DNA of 64,000 nt from Anaerolinea sp. (GCA_014879875.1 JACSRF010000600.1:3005-67004), one strand, 5' to 3'; numbered from the stretch's first letter, positions 1 to 9,409 are shown. Notes: generated by a model from the letters alone, not told the origin. Program-made: numbers and translations.

Positions 1-457
1 GCGCGGCAGCGAGCGAACAATAATAGGTAGAAACGCCAGAACCCACTTCGATGTACCGGCGTGGTTTGTAGTGACGGAGCATCAGGTAAAGGGTAAGCGC
101 GTCGAGTTCTGTGTACCCCGGCCCAAAGCCCTCGTGAATGATCTCCTGATAACAGGGTAATTGGGCAAACTCGGCGTAATGGTCGGCCAGCATGTGCGCC
201 AGGCTTGTTTTGAATTTATCGAGGTCATATTGGATACCGGCCAGCGCGCTGGGGTGGTTCCAGCGCGCCACGTTCTTTTGCAAGTCAGACAAAACCGGCA
301 AAGGAGAGTAATAATCTTTTTTGCGGACGATATTGTAACCCAGGGCAGCGGCGATAGAGCGGGTTAAGGTGACAAACGGCCGTTCTCCCGCTTTTTTTGT
401 TTTTTCCAGTGTCTCCCACACAGGGCGGGGAAGATTTCGTTGTAGAAATGTCTTCAT
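1..457 (-). CDS. SAM-dependent methyltransferase-like protein, N-terminal part (gene runs off the window)
   Basis: Own translation of the minus strand from ATG at 457-455: MKTFLQRNLPRPVWETLEKTKKAGERPF...YKPRRYIEVGSGVSTYYCSLAAA. IEVGSGxST resembles SAM-binding motif I. There is no stop before position 1, so it is absent from the ORF track. Confidence 0.5.
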   Translation of the reverse strand, partial: MKTFLQRNLPRPVWETLEKTKKAGERPFVTLTRSIAAALGYNIVRKKDYYSPLPVLSDLQKNVARWNHPSALAGIQYDLDKFKTSLAHMLADHYAEFAQLPCYQEIIHEGFGPGYTELDALTLYLMLRHYKPRRYIEVGSGVSTYYCSLAAA

Positions 458-505
458 AATTTCGTTTCCGTTACAGACCTACTCAATTCTCAAGACATGC
501 CTGTA

Positions 506-1666
506 TTATATTGCCTGATCGGCTTCGTAACCGGACAGCGCATTGAGTTGCTTGATAAGCCGCTGCCAGGAAAAACGGCCGTTCTCCTCCCCAATCCGCG
601 CCGCCATCCCCGGCCCCAACTCCTCCGCAAAAAAACGGTTGATCGCCGCCGCCAACGCTGTCGGGTCATCTGGCGGCACGACCAACCCCGTTTGTTCGTG
701 CGTGACTACCTCCGCCAGCCCACCAACGTTTGTCGTAATCACCGGCTTGCCCTGCCCAAACGCCACCTGAATGATGCCGCTTTGCGTGGCGCTGCGATAA
801 GGCAGCACGACCACAGCGGCACGCGCGATGCAGGCCGCCAGCAGTTCATTGGGCAAATAATCATCCACCAACGTCACCGCCTCAGCAATACCCAACCGGG
901 CGATCTGCTCCTGATACAGTGCCGTCCCCTGCCAAAATTCGCCGGCGACGAGCAAATGCAACGGCCGTTGCGCCAACACCGCCGGCAGCGCCGCCAACAG
1001 CACGTCCAGCCCTTTATACGGCCGTACAAACCCGGCAAACAACAACAGCGGCCGATCCGCCGGCAGCGTCCAGGGTAACGCGACCGGCGGCACATCCCCC
1101 AACGCCGCATACGTGGGGTGCGGCGTCACGCACAAGGGGGCGCGCGCGCCTACGTCCGGCAAAATCCGCTGCAAAATAGCGCCGTCTGTCTCCGCATGGA
1201 CAATGTACCCAGCCCCGGCCGCCAACGCCAGCCGCGTCAGCAAAGGGAGCAGCAGGCGCAGCTTCCCCTGTTCGTGCGGCAGCACATTATGGCAAATGAA
1301 CAGCAACTTGGGGCGCGAGGGCAGCCGCCGAATGCCCTGCCCCAACACCGCCCACGCCGGCGCCCAAAACGGATGCCACCATTGCATCACCACCACATCC
1401 GGCTGCCATTGGCGCAGCCGTCGCAGCGCCCGCCGCCAGCTCAGCGGGTTGAGTGGGTCCAGCAGGTACTCGGCGTCGGTTTGCAGCGGCCGTTCGCTGG
1501 GGTCCCGGTCACTGCGCCCCGGAAACAACCAGGTTGGGTACTGCTGCGCAAACGATAGCAACAAAACCTCATGTTGGCGGCGTAATTCCTGCGCCAACAA
1601 TGTGGTGTAATGGGCAATGCCACCGCGATAAGGGTAAGTTGGGCCGATCAAACAATAACGTACCAT
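506..1666 (-). CDS. glycosyltransferase family 4 (GT-B fold)
   Basis: ORF 506..1699. N-terminus MVRYCLIGPTYPYRGGIAHY and C-terminal VVVLPYRSATQSGI...GKPVITTNVGGLAEVVTHEQTG (EX7E-like region) are typical of GT4. I chose ATG at 1666, preceded by TATAAT 6 nt upstream. Confidence 0.85.
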   Translation of the reverse strand: MVRYCLIGPTYPYRGGIAHYTTLLAQELRRQHEVLLLSFAQQYPTWLFPGRSDRDPSERPLQTDAEYLLDPLNPLSWRRALRRLRQWQPDVVVMQWWHPFWAPAWAVLGQGIRRLPSRPKLLFICHNVLPHEQGKLRLLLPLLTRLALAAGAGYIVHAETDGAILQRILPDVGARAPLCVTPHPTYAALGDVPPVALPWTLPADRPLLLFAGFVRPYKGLDVLLAALPAVLAQRPLHLLVAGEFWQGTALYQEQIARLGIAEAVTLVDDYLPNELLAACIARAAVVVLPYRSATQSGIIQVAFGQGKPVITTNVGGLAEVVTHEQTGLVVPPDDPTALAAAINRFFAEELGPGMAARIGEENGRFSWQRLIKQLNALSGYEADQAI

Positions 1667-1745
1667 GCGGGAATTATACCGGTTTTGCCTAAAGCACACG
1701 CCTCACGCTTCACGTTTCCCGCAATCCGCAATACAATCCCCCGCT

Positions 1746-2609
1746 ATGATTCTCATCACCGGCGCCACCGGCTTCATCGGTCGTTCCCTCACCCGCCACC
1801 TGACGGCCGCAGGGTACGAATGGCAGGCATATAACGGCCGTATCAACAACCCCCTCCACCTGCGCCAACAACTCGCCGGGGTGGATGTCGTCATCCACCT
1901 GGCAAGCTCCGAAGCGCGTGGTCGCAACCGCCTGTTGCAACACGTAGACATCGAAGGCACGGAGCGCCTCATCGAAGAGTGTCGCCGCGCCCAGGTACAG
2001 CAGATTATCATCGTCAGCCGCATTGGCGCCGATTCCTACTCATTGCAACCCCTCCTGCGCGCCAAAGGTGACATAGAACGCGCCATCCGCGGCAGCAGCG
2101 TCCCCTACACCATCATCCGCGCCGCCACCCTTTTTGGGCAGGGTGATCGCTTTTCGGAAATCATTTTGGGGCTGGCAATCTGGAGTTGGCCTTTGGTCTG
2201 GCTGCCCGGTGGGGGAACAGTCGCCATGCAGCCCTTGTGGATAGAGGACCTGGCGCGTTGTCTGGTGCAAACAGTGGGCCGCACCGACCTTCTGGGACAA
2301 ACAATTACCGTTGCTGGCGAAGAACGGCTGCGCTATCAGGACATCGCGCGCGAGATTTTAGTGGCCACCGGGCTGCGTCGTCTCCCATTCAACCTGCCAT
2401 TGGTCTTGTTACGGCCGTTCACCACCCTCCTCTTTCGCTGGTGGCATTGGCCGGCCGTCACCGCTTACTTCGCCGACCGCTTTTTTGTGCCCGAAGTCGC
2501 CGACCTGGACAGCGTGCTGCGCGTCTATGGCTTTCGGCCGGCCCACTTACGCGAAACCAGCGCCTACTTACGTCGCCCCGGCCTGCGCTGGCGACTTTTC
2601 CATCGCTAA
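1746..2609 (+). CDS. NAD(P)-dependent epimerase/dehydratase-type SDR (NmrA/NDUFA9-like)
   Basis: ORF 1665..2609. The internal start gives MILITGATGFIGRSL (GxxGxxG Rossmann motif). An atypical SDR, about 287 aa. Confidence 0.8.
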   Translation: MILITGATGFIGRSLTRHLTAAGYEWQAYNGRINNPLHLRQQLAGVDVVIHLASSEARGRNRLLQHVDIEGTERLIEECRRAQVQQIIIVSRIGADSYSLQPLLRAKGDIERAIRGSSVPYTIIRAATLFGQGDRFSEIILGLAIWSWPLVWLPGGGTVAMQPLWIEDLARCLVQTVGRTDLLGQTITVAGEERLRYQDIAREILVATGLRRLPFNLPLVLLRPFTTLLFRWWHWPAVTAYFADRFFVPEVADLDSVLRVYGFRPAHLRETSAYLRRPGLRWRLFHR

Positions 2610-2805
2610 AGACCTGACAAATGTAACTGAATAGTTACGACTAAGAAAACAATGGGGCTTCAGGATTTTGCGGGGTTGACGCCGTGAAACCCTGCGACAA
2701 GCTCAGGGCAGGCTGTGATGCGTGATGCGTGATTTTCTCTGGTCACATAAGGACTTCGGCGTGAGCTCAGTCGAACGCTCAGGGGTGATTACCCAAAAAC
2801 GAAAA

Positions 2806-2841
2806 CGGGCTGACCCAGTGGGCCAGCCCGATTGTTTTTTT
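2806..2841 (+). terminator. rho-independent terminator-like hairpin plus T-run
   Basis: CGGGCTG-N11-CAGCCCG followed by ATTGTTTTTTT. It lies about 200 nt after the SDR stop. A second perfect 10-bp hairpin (GAGAGTCAGG...CCTGACTCTC, 2842-2871) follows. Confidence 0.6.
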
Positions 2842-3062
2842 GAGAGTCAGGAACGCCGAAACCTGACTCTCGTTAAAAGGAGGAGAAGAAGAGATTTTTT
2901 AATACACCAACATTGTAGGCGTGAAATCTACGTTTCGCTGTACGGTGAGCCTACGCAAAAACTACGCAAAACCTACGCTTGTGACAAGAACAACAAACAC
3001 TCCTCCTCTTTCTTCCTTCAACTTTCTTCCTTCTTCCCGCTTCCAGCGTTACAATCAAGCCA

Positions 3063-5858
3063 ATGACACATATCAGCCGCTACCACGCCTTGGGCATCAT
3101 GGTCATGACCTTATTAATTGCCGCTGCCCTGCGCTTGCCAAATTTGACAACAGCCCCTCCTGGGCTCCATTACGACCTGGCAGCCAATGGCATACTGGCG
3201 GGCGACATCGGTTTCCGTGGTGATCGTCCCGTTTTTATTGCCAGCTATACCGGTAAAGAAGTGCTCTATTTCTACCTGGCCGGCGGGATGATGCGCTTGT
3301 TGGGCGAATCCGTCTTTGCTTTGCGCCTGACGGCCGCTTTCGTCGGCATTCTCACGGTGGCGGCAAGTTACTGGCTGGGGCGGGAGATGGGCTTGGACCG
3401 CCGCGTCGTCCTTATTGCCGTTATTTTGCTCGCCGTCAGCTTTTGGCACCTCCTGTTCAGCCGCTATGGCTTCCGCGCCATCACCCAGCCCTTGTTACAG
3501 GCGCTCACCCTGGCTGCCCTGCTGCGCGGCGTGCGCCGTGACCGATGGGCCTGGCTGGTTGCGGCCGGTACACTGCTTGGCTTAAGCGCCTACACCTACC
3601 TGGCCGTGCGCCTTTTCCCGGCGCTGCTGCTGCTGGCGACGCTGCCTTTGTTGGCGCAGCGGCGCTGGCAGCGCAGCAAGCAATTGCTGCTGGTGTTACT
3701 GCTTGGGGCGCTGGCGCTATCGCCTCTCCTGGCTTACTTTTACCAGCACCCGGAAGCGTTTTGGGTACGCATCACGCAAGTATCGCCGGATACGGCCGTT
3801 GCCCTGCCCCTCACCGACAGCCTCCTCAAATCATTAGAAATGTTCTTCCTCGTCGGCGACCCGTACATTCGCTTCAACCTGCCTGGCCGTCCTCTCTTCA
3901 ACAGCTTTTGGGGAACGTTGCTGGTTGTTGGTTGGTTGTACACACTCTGGCGCTGGTCACAGCCGGCGCAAGATTGGGAGCGCGTCACCAAACTGCTGCT
4001 CCTGCTCAATCCGTTGATCATGCTGCTGCCCACCGCCCTGGCCACCAGCGAAATCGTCCCCAGCAATTTGCGCGCCATTGGCCTGATCCCCCTCATCTTT
4101 TACCTGCCCGGCATTGGCCTGGCGGTACTGCTGCAATCGCTGGAAAATTGGCTGCGCAGCCGTATGGTGACGCTGGCGACGTTGGCGATTGGCCTGGTGG
4201 TGCTGCTGTTGGGCGGCATTACCACCGACCGGCTGTACCACCGTGTTTGGGCCAACAACCCAGAGTTATATTATGAGTCTGATGGGGATCTGGTAGACGT
4301 TGCCCGCTTCCTCGACGAATACGATACAAGCAGCAAGACCATCTACGTCGCCGCCCGCCATTACCAACATCCAACCGTGGCCTTTCTCAGCGACAAGTAT
4401 GGCGCTGTCAACTGGCTGCCGGGCAGCCAGGCGCTTGTCTTTCCTGCTGCAGGACCGTCCCTCCACATTTTCCCGCACAACAGCCCCTTGCCAGATTGGG
4501 CCGCCCCATACTTCACCACAGCGCAACGGCTAACAGAAGGCACAACGGCCGTCGGCCTGGATGCGTTTACGGCTTATGTAACGGCCGTTCCCCCCGCCTT
4601 GCGCCCTAATCATGCCGTCAATGTCAACTTCAGTCACGCCATCACCCTTTTAGGTTACAACGTAAACGTCGCCTACACCGGCGACGCCATGCCCATAACC
4701 CTGTTCTGGCGCGTACAAAACACCCCCCAGGCTGACTACGTGCCTTTTGTCCATCTGGAAGATTTGTGGCAGCATCGCTGGAGCCAGGTGGAGGCCAACG
4801 CTTACCCGGCCGCGCAGTGGCAGCCGGGCGATACCATCATCCAACGAATAGACCTGCCCATCCCGCCCGGCGCGCCCCCCGGTTCCTATCGGCTGCGCAT
4901 TGGCCTGTTTGACCCGACGACGGGAAACCCGCTGGCGCAACTGGATGAAGACGGCCGTTACGCGGGCAGCGCCTTCATCCTCGATCACGTCGGCGTGTTG
5001 GCCGGACCAATCCCCGACGATTTGCCGCGGCCCCCGTTCGCCATCAGCCAGCAAATCATCCCTGGCCTGCGCCTGTTGGGGTACCAACGCGGCGGCGATA
5101 CCGTTTTCACCGGCGATACGTTGGGGCTGGCGCTGTGGTGGGAAGCGACACAACCGCTGCCCAACCTGATCACACGCCTGGAACTGCTGCGCGCCGACAA
5201 CACCGGCCGCATTTTGCTCGACACCCAACCCGTTCATGACGGCTACCCGTTCCGCTACTGGTACACACCCCAATTCCTCATTGACCACGTTGACCCGCGC
5301 ATCCCCGCCGATTTTCCCGCCGGCAATTACCGGCTGCAACTACGTATGCTGGATGAGAAAAACGAAACGCTGCTCAAACAGGGACTTGGCTGGGTGGAGA
5401 TCATCGCCACGGAGCGGCTGTTCACGCCGCCGCCCACGCAGTTTAAGTTAGATATTAACTTTGGCAATGAAATCAGCCTGCGCGGTTATGACGTGGATGT
5501 TTACGGTGATAATCAGTTTACGCTGCGCCTGGTGTGGCAAAGCGCGCAAACGGCCGCCGCCGACTACACCGTCTTTGTCCATGTGCTGGGGCTGGACGGG
5601 ACATGCTGTATCTGGCAGCAAGATACCATGCCACAGCAAAACCAGTACCCCACCACACGCTGGCTGCCAGGCGAGGTCGTCGTGGATACCTACCAGATCG
5701 CTTTGCCCGCTGGCCTGGCGACGGGCAAATATCCGTTGGAGATAGGGTTGTATATGGCGGAGACAGGGCAGCGGTTACAGGTCAGCACAACAATGCCGGG
5801 TACGGCCGTCATCACACCCGATGCGGTTTATTTACGGCCGTTGCTCATTGAGGAGTGA
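3063..5858 (+). CDS. GT39/ArnT-PMT-like membrane glycosyltransferase with large extracytoplasmic C-terminal repeat region
   Basis: 931-aa ORF. The N-terminal ~450 aa are polytopic and hydrophobic with ArnT/PMT-like loops. The C-terminal half contains three ~110-aa related modules (…LLGY…(L/F)WW/FWR…PAGxYxLxIGL…). Confidence 0.8.
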   Translation: MTHISRYHALGIMVMTLLIAAALRLPNLTTAPPGLHYDLAANGILAGDIGFRGDRPVFIASYTGKEVLYFYLAGGMMRLLGESVFALRLTAAFVGILTVAASYWLGREMGLDRRVVLIAVILLAVSFWHLLFSRYGFRAITQPLLQALTLAALLRGVRRDRWAWLVAAGTLLGLSAYTYLAVRLFPALLLLATLPLLAQRRWQRSKQLLLVLLLGALALSPLLAYFYQHPEAFWVRITQVSPDTAVALPLTDSLLKSLEMFFLVGDPYIRFNLPGRPLFNSFWGTLLVVGWLYTLWRWSQPAQDWERVTKLLLLLNPLIMLLPTALATSEIVPSNLRAIGLIPLIFYLPGIGLAVLLQSLENWLRSRMVTLATLAIGLVVLLLGGITTDRLYHRVWANNPELYYESDGDLVDVARFLDEYDTSSKTIYVAARHYQHPTVAFLSDKYGAVNWLPGSQALVFPAAGPSLHIFPHNSPLPDWAAPYFTTAQRLTEGTTAVGLDAFTAYVTAVPPALRPNHAVNVNFSHAITLLGYNVNVAYTGDAMPITLFWRVQNTPQADYVPFVHLEDLWQHRWSQVEANAYPAAQWQPGDTIIQRIDLPIPPGAPPGSYRLRIGLFDPTTGNPLAQLDEDGRYAGSAFILDHVGVLAGPIPDDLPRPPFAISQQIIPGLRLLGYQRGGDTVFTGDTLGLALWWEATQPLPNLITRLELLRADNTGRILLDTQPVHDGYPFRYWYTPQFLIDHVDPRIPADFPAGNYRLQLRMLDEKNETLLKQGLGWVEIIATERLFTPPPTQFKLDINFGNEISLRGYDVDVYGDNQFTLRLVWQSAQTAAADYTVFVHVLGLDGTCCIWQQDTMPQQNQYPTTRWLPGEVVVDTYQIALPAGLATGKYPLEIGLYMAETGQRLQVSTTMPGTAVITPDAVYLRPLLIEE

Positions 5859-5898
5859 GCGGTATTTGGCAATCGGCGTCATGACGCAGTGCGACATG

Positions 5899-5951
5899 TT
5901 GCGCGCCCTCCGGTGCAAAGTTATAATGTTTTCAGGTAATTTACCTGAAAA
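5899..5951 (+). promoter_or_regulatory. sigma70-type promoter (TTGCGC-17-TATAAT) overlapped by a 23-bp perfect palindrome operator
   Basis: -35 TTGCGC at 5899-5904, a 17-nt spacer, and -10 TATAAT at 5922-5927. The palindrome TTTTCAGGTAA-T-TTACCTGAAAA spans 5929-5951. All lie upstream of the acyl-CoA dehydrogenase start at 5987. Confidence 0.6.
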
Positions 5952-5986
5952 ACCTAAACGCTTTTCGGACACCATGAGTAAAAACT

Positions 5987-7195
5987 ATGCTAGATTTTTC
6001 CCTGACCGATGAACAACTGAGTGTAGCCGAGATGGTGCAGCGCTTTGTGGACCACGAAGTATACCCCACCATCAAAGAGTATGACCGCAAACAGCAGATG
6101 AACCCGGCCGTTTTGCCGCGCATGGCAGAATTAGGCATTCTGGGCATCAACATCCCCGTTCGCTATGGCGGGCAGGGATTCGACTACGTAACCCTGGGGC
6201 TGGTGTGCGAAGAACTGGAACGGTGCGATTCGACCCTGCGCGTGGTGATGTCGGTCCACATGGGGCTGAACAGCATGGGCGTGCTGCAATGGGGTACAGA
6301 GGAGCAAAAGCAGCGCTTCCTGACGCCGCAAGCAAAGGGGGAAAAATACGCCGCCTTTGGCCTGACCGAACCAAACGCCGGGTCCGACGTCGCCGCCATG
6401 CGCTCCACCGCCCGCCGCGATGGGGACGACTACATCCTCAATGGCGAAAAGATGTGGATCAGCCTGGCGACGAAGGCGCATCACGTGCTCTGGTTTGCCA
6501 AGACAGACCCGCAGGCAGGGCATCAGGGGATCACCGCATTTATGGTGGAGACGGATATGCCCGGCGTCACCAGCGGCGACATCCATGGCAAGTTGGGGAT
6601 GCGCGCCGGTTCCACAGGCTGGATTAGCTGCCAGGACGTGCGCGTGCCGGCCGCCAACCGTATTGGGGAGGAGGGGGAAGGGTTTAAGATCGCCATGAGC
6701 TGCCTGGATAACGGCCGTTACACCGTTGCCGCCGGCGCGACGGGCCTCATCCGCGCCTGCCTGGATGCCTCCCTCAAATATGCGCAAGAACGGGAAACCT
6801 TCGGCCAACCCATTGCCGCTTACCAGCTCATGCAGCAAAAAATCGCCTTCATGCAGCAGTGGTACGACACCGCGCGGCTGCTCTACCTAAAAGCGGGCTG
6901 GATGAAAAACGAAGGGCTGCGCAACACCCGCGAAACCTCTATGGCGAAATGGTACGCCACCGACCAATCCTTCCAGGCCGCGCACGAAGCCATTCAAATT
7001 CACGGCGCATATGGCTACTCTGACGAGTACGACGTGGAACGCTACCTGCGCAACGGCCGTGGCGCCATTATTTATGAAGGAACCAGCGAAATTCATCAGT
7101 TAATGCAGGCCGGGTATGCGCTGGGCACGCGCAAAGATAGACCATTACGCTGCGAACTGCCCGCTTATGACCCGGATTTTTGGCAAAACGAGTAG
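5987..7195 (+). CDS. acyl-CoA dehydrogenase
   Basis: 402-aa [13 protein letters not shown] start, [11 protein letters not shown] and [10 protein letters not shown] motifs typical of the ACAD family. Followed by etfBA. Confidence 0.92.
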   Translation: MLDFSLTDEQLSVAEMVQRFVDHEVYPTIKEYDRKQQMNPAVLPRMAELGILGINIPVRYGGQGFDYVTLGLVCEELERCDSTLRVVMSVHMGLNSMGVLQWGTEEQKQRFLTPQAKGEKYAAFGLTEPNAGSDVAAMRSTARRDGDDYILNGEKMWISLATKAHHVLWFAKTDPQAGHQGITAFMVETDMPGVTSGDIHGKLGMRAGSTGWISCQDVRVPAANRIGEEGEGFKIAMSCLDNGRYTVAAGATGLIRACLDASLKYAQERETFGQPIAAYQLMQQKIAFMQQWYDTARLLYLKAGWMKNEGLRNTRETSMAKWYATDQSFQAAHEAIQIHGAYGYSDEYDVERYLRNGRGAIIYEGTSEIHQLMQAGYALGTRKDRPLRCELPAYDPDFWQNE

Positions 7196-7198
7196 CAT

Positions 7199-7265
7199 CG
7201 GTAATCCGTAATCGGTAATCCGTAATCCGTAATCGGTAATCCGTAATCGGTAATCCGTAATCCGT
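7199..7265. repeat. heptanucleotide tandem repeat (CGGTAAT/CCGTAAT) x 9.5
   Basis: Units read directly: G C G C C G C G C C(partial), where G=CGGTAAT and C=CCGTAAT. This amounts to a 35-bp higher-order unit repeated about 1.9 times. It starts 4 nt after the ACAD stop. Confidence 0.95.
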
Positions 7266-7387
7266 TGGACGCTAACTTTGGAGAATGCCAGCAGATAACG
7301 GTATATGGACTTCGGGTTACAGACAGTAGGTATATTGCGTAACAGGGTTGCGCAATATGTAATACGCAATCCGTAGGAGGTTAATAC

Positions 7388-8185
7388 ATGAAAGTAGTTG
7401 TGTGTACCAAGCAAACGCCCAGCACAACGGCCGTTTTCTCTGTCAATAACGGCGTGGTAAGCTGGGACGATCCCGGTGGCAAGCCCAACGTAGTCAACCC
7501 GTGGGATGAATACGCCATCGAAGAAGGCATTCGCCTCAAGGAAAATCACGGCGCAAGCGACGTGATCGCCCTGGCTGTTGGCGATGAAGACAGCAAAGAA
7601 GCGTTGAAAACCGCGTTGGCGATGGGCTGCACCGACGCCCGCCTGGTCGCCGACGCCGCTTTTGCCGGGTCCGACGCCGTAGGCACGGCGCGCGTGTGGG
7701 CCGCCGCCATCAACCAGATTGGCGACGTCAAGGTTGCCATCTTCGGCAAGCTGACCATTGACGACAACATGAGCGTGGCCGCAATGATGACGGCGCGCAA
7801 ATTGGGCTGGACGCCGCTCACCTTCGTCTCCGCCATCAAAGCGATCAGCGGCGATTCGATCACGGTGGAACGCCTGTTGGACGATGGCAAAGAGACCGTC
7901 ACGGCCCCCCTGCCGGTAGTCATCAGCGTCGTCAAAGAGATCAACGAGCCACGTTATCCCTCCTTTATGGGCATTCGCAAGGCCAACCGCGCCGAAATCC
8001 CGGTGTGGGGCGCGGGCGATTTGAGCGTGGATGGGCCGACGGGCACGGCCGTCAGCAAAGTAGATTGGTCACGTGTGTACGCCATCCCACCGCGCGAAGG
8101 CAGCGTGGAGATGATCGCCGCCGGCAGCGTGGAAGAGCAGGTGGAAATCCTGGTTGATAAATTATTTGAGGAGAAGGTGATATGA
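7388..8185 (+). CDS. etfB: electron transfer flavoprotein subunit beta
   Basis: 265-aa ORF, MKVVVCTKQTP... typical EtfB N-terminus. AGGAGG RBS at 7375-7380. A 4-nt overlap with etfA. Confidence 0.93.
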   Translation: MKVVVCTKQTPSTTAVFSVNNGVVSWDDPGGKPNVVNPWDEYAIEEGIRLKENHGASDVIALAVGDEDSKEALKTALAMGCTDARLVADAAFAGSDAVGTARVWAAAINQIGDVKVAIFGKLTIDDNMSVAAMMTARKLGWTPLTFVSAIKAISGDSITVERLLDDGKETVTAPLPVVISVVKEINEPRYPSFMGIRKANRAEIPVWGAGDLSVDGPTGTAVSKVDWSRVYAIPPREGSVEMIAAGSVEEQVEILVDKLFEEKVI

Positions 8186-9156
8186 GCGGCGTATGGGTAT
8201 GGATCGAAAACAGCAACGGCGCAATGGCCGCCATCAGCCGGGAGGTTTTGGGGGCAGCGCGTACAATTGCTGAGGAACTGCGTGAAGACGTCACCGCCAT
8301 TGTGTTTGGGCACGAGGTCAGCGGCATGGCCGATGAAGCGTTTGACCTGGGCGCGGATGCAGTGATCGGCTGTGATGATGAGACGTTAGCCAGCTTCCGC
8401 GTGGAGGCATATGGCCCACTGTTGACGCAGTTGGCGCAAGAGCGGGAACCGGCCGTGCTGCTGCTGGGCGAATCTACGCGCGGCGGCGATCTGGCGGCCT
8501 GGGTGGCGGCCGAATTGGACGCCGGGTTGGTGACAGACGCCCTCGCCATTGAAGTGGATGGGGAAACGGTCAAGGCGACGCGCTCCGTGTATGCCAACAA
8601 GCTGCTCTCGACGACCTTTGTCAAAGAAGGGATGCAACTTGTGACGCTGCGCAGCCGCGCCTTCCCACAGGCGGAGTCTACCGGCAACAGTGGCGACGCT
8701 GAATGGATGGACGCTGTTGTCAGCGAGGATGACATCCCCACCAAAGTTGTGGGTTTCGAGGGTAAGGAAGGCAAGGTCAGCCTGACGGACGCCAGCATCA
8801 TCGTCAGCGGTGGGCGCGGCGTGGGTGGGCCAGAAGGGTTTGCCCCGATCCAGGCGTTGGCCGATGTGTTGGGCGGGGCGATGGGCGCTTCGCGCGCGGC
8901 CGTAGACGCGGGCTGGATTCCGTATGAGCATCAGGTGGGGCAAACGGGGAAGACGGTCAGCCCAGACCTGTATATTGCTTGCGGTATCAGCGGGGCAATT
9001 CAGCATCAAGCGGGGATGCGCACGTCGAAGATTATCGTGGCGATTAACAAGGATGCGGAAGCACCGATTTTCAGCCTGGCGCAGTATGGGCTGGTGGGCG
9101 ATTTGTTCAAGATTGTGCCCGCGTTAACGGAAGCGTTTAAGAAGCGGCTGAGTTAA
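8182..9156 (+). CDS. etfA: electron transfer flavoprotein subunit alpha
   Basis: 324-aa ORF with the C-terminal FAD-binding signature IACGISGAIQHQAGM. Confidence 0.93.
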   Translation: MSGVWVWIENSNGAMAAISREVLGAARTIAEELREDVTAIVFGHEVSGMADEAFDLGADAVIGCDDETLASFRVEAYGPLLTQLAQEREPAVLLLGESTRGGDLAAWVAAELDAGLVTDALAIEVDGETVKATRSVYANKLLSTTFVKEGMQLVTLRSRAFPQAESTGNSGDAEWMDAVVSEDDIPTKVVGFEGKEGKVSLTDASIIVSGGRGVGGPEGFAPIQALADVLGGAMGASRAAVDAGWIPYEHQVGQTGKTVSPDLYIACGISGAIQHQAGMRTSKIIVAINKDAEAPIFSLAQYGLVGDLFKIVPALTEAFKKRLS

Positions 9157-9178
9157 GCTCACGCTTTTGGGCAGCGCC

Positions 9179-9221
9179 AGACCTGACAGGTTTTTAAAGA
9201 CCTGTCAGGTCTTTTTATTTT
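9179..9221 (+). terminator. rho-independent terminator (GACCTGTCAGGTC hairpin family)
   Basis: AGACCTGACAGG (9179-9190) pairs with CCTGTCAGGTCT (9201-9212), giving a 12-bp stem, followed by TTTTTATTTT. Confidence 0.85.
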
Positions 9222-9409
9222 CACGCCCCCTTCATGCAACTGATAACTACTTTGCAGTGGGGCTGTTGGAGGCGAAACGGCCGTCGCCCCCATTCTCCCT
9301 TATGCTACCCTCAGTTCTGGTAACACATAGCCTCTTTCTATTTCCCCATCCATCTTGCCTGCATGGCCCATCACAACCCCGGCTAATTTTATACTTTTTG
9401 GAGGTAACG

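Noticed and set aside
2722-3066. 114-aa ORF in the 450-bp spacer upstream of the GT39 gene
   Set aside because: It spans a terminator, two hairpins and homopurine and homopyrimidine tracts. The translation is low-complexity, with no RBS.
7199-7265. Possibility that the short repeat arrays are CRISPR arrays
   Set aside because: The units are 7 bp and directly abutting, with no spacers. There are no cas genes in the window.
7145-7549. 134-aa minus-strand ORF containing ITDYRLRITDYGLRITDYGL
   Set aside because: This is simply the translation of the CGGTAAT/CCGTAAT heptamer array, and it overlaps the etfB start. Not a gene.
9167-9409. N-terminal 81-codon extension of the 693-aa ORF
   Set aside because: The extension runs through the etfA terminator hairpin (9179-9221). 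ATG 9410 has a GGAGG RBS, and the recognisable protein starts there.
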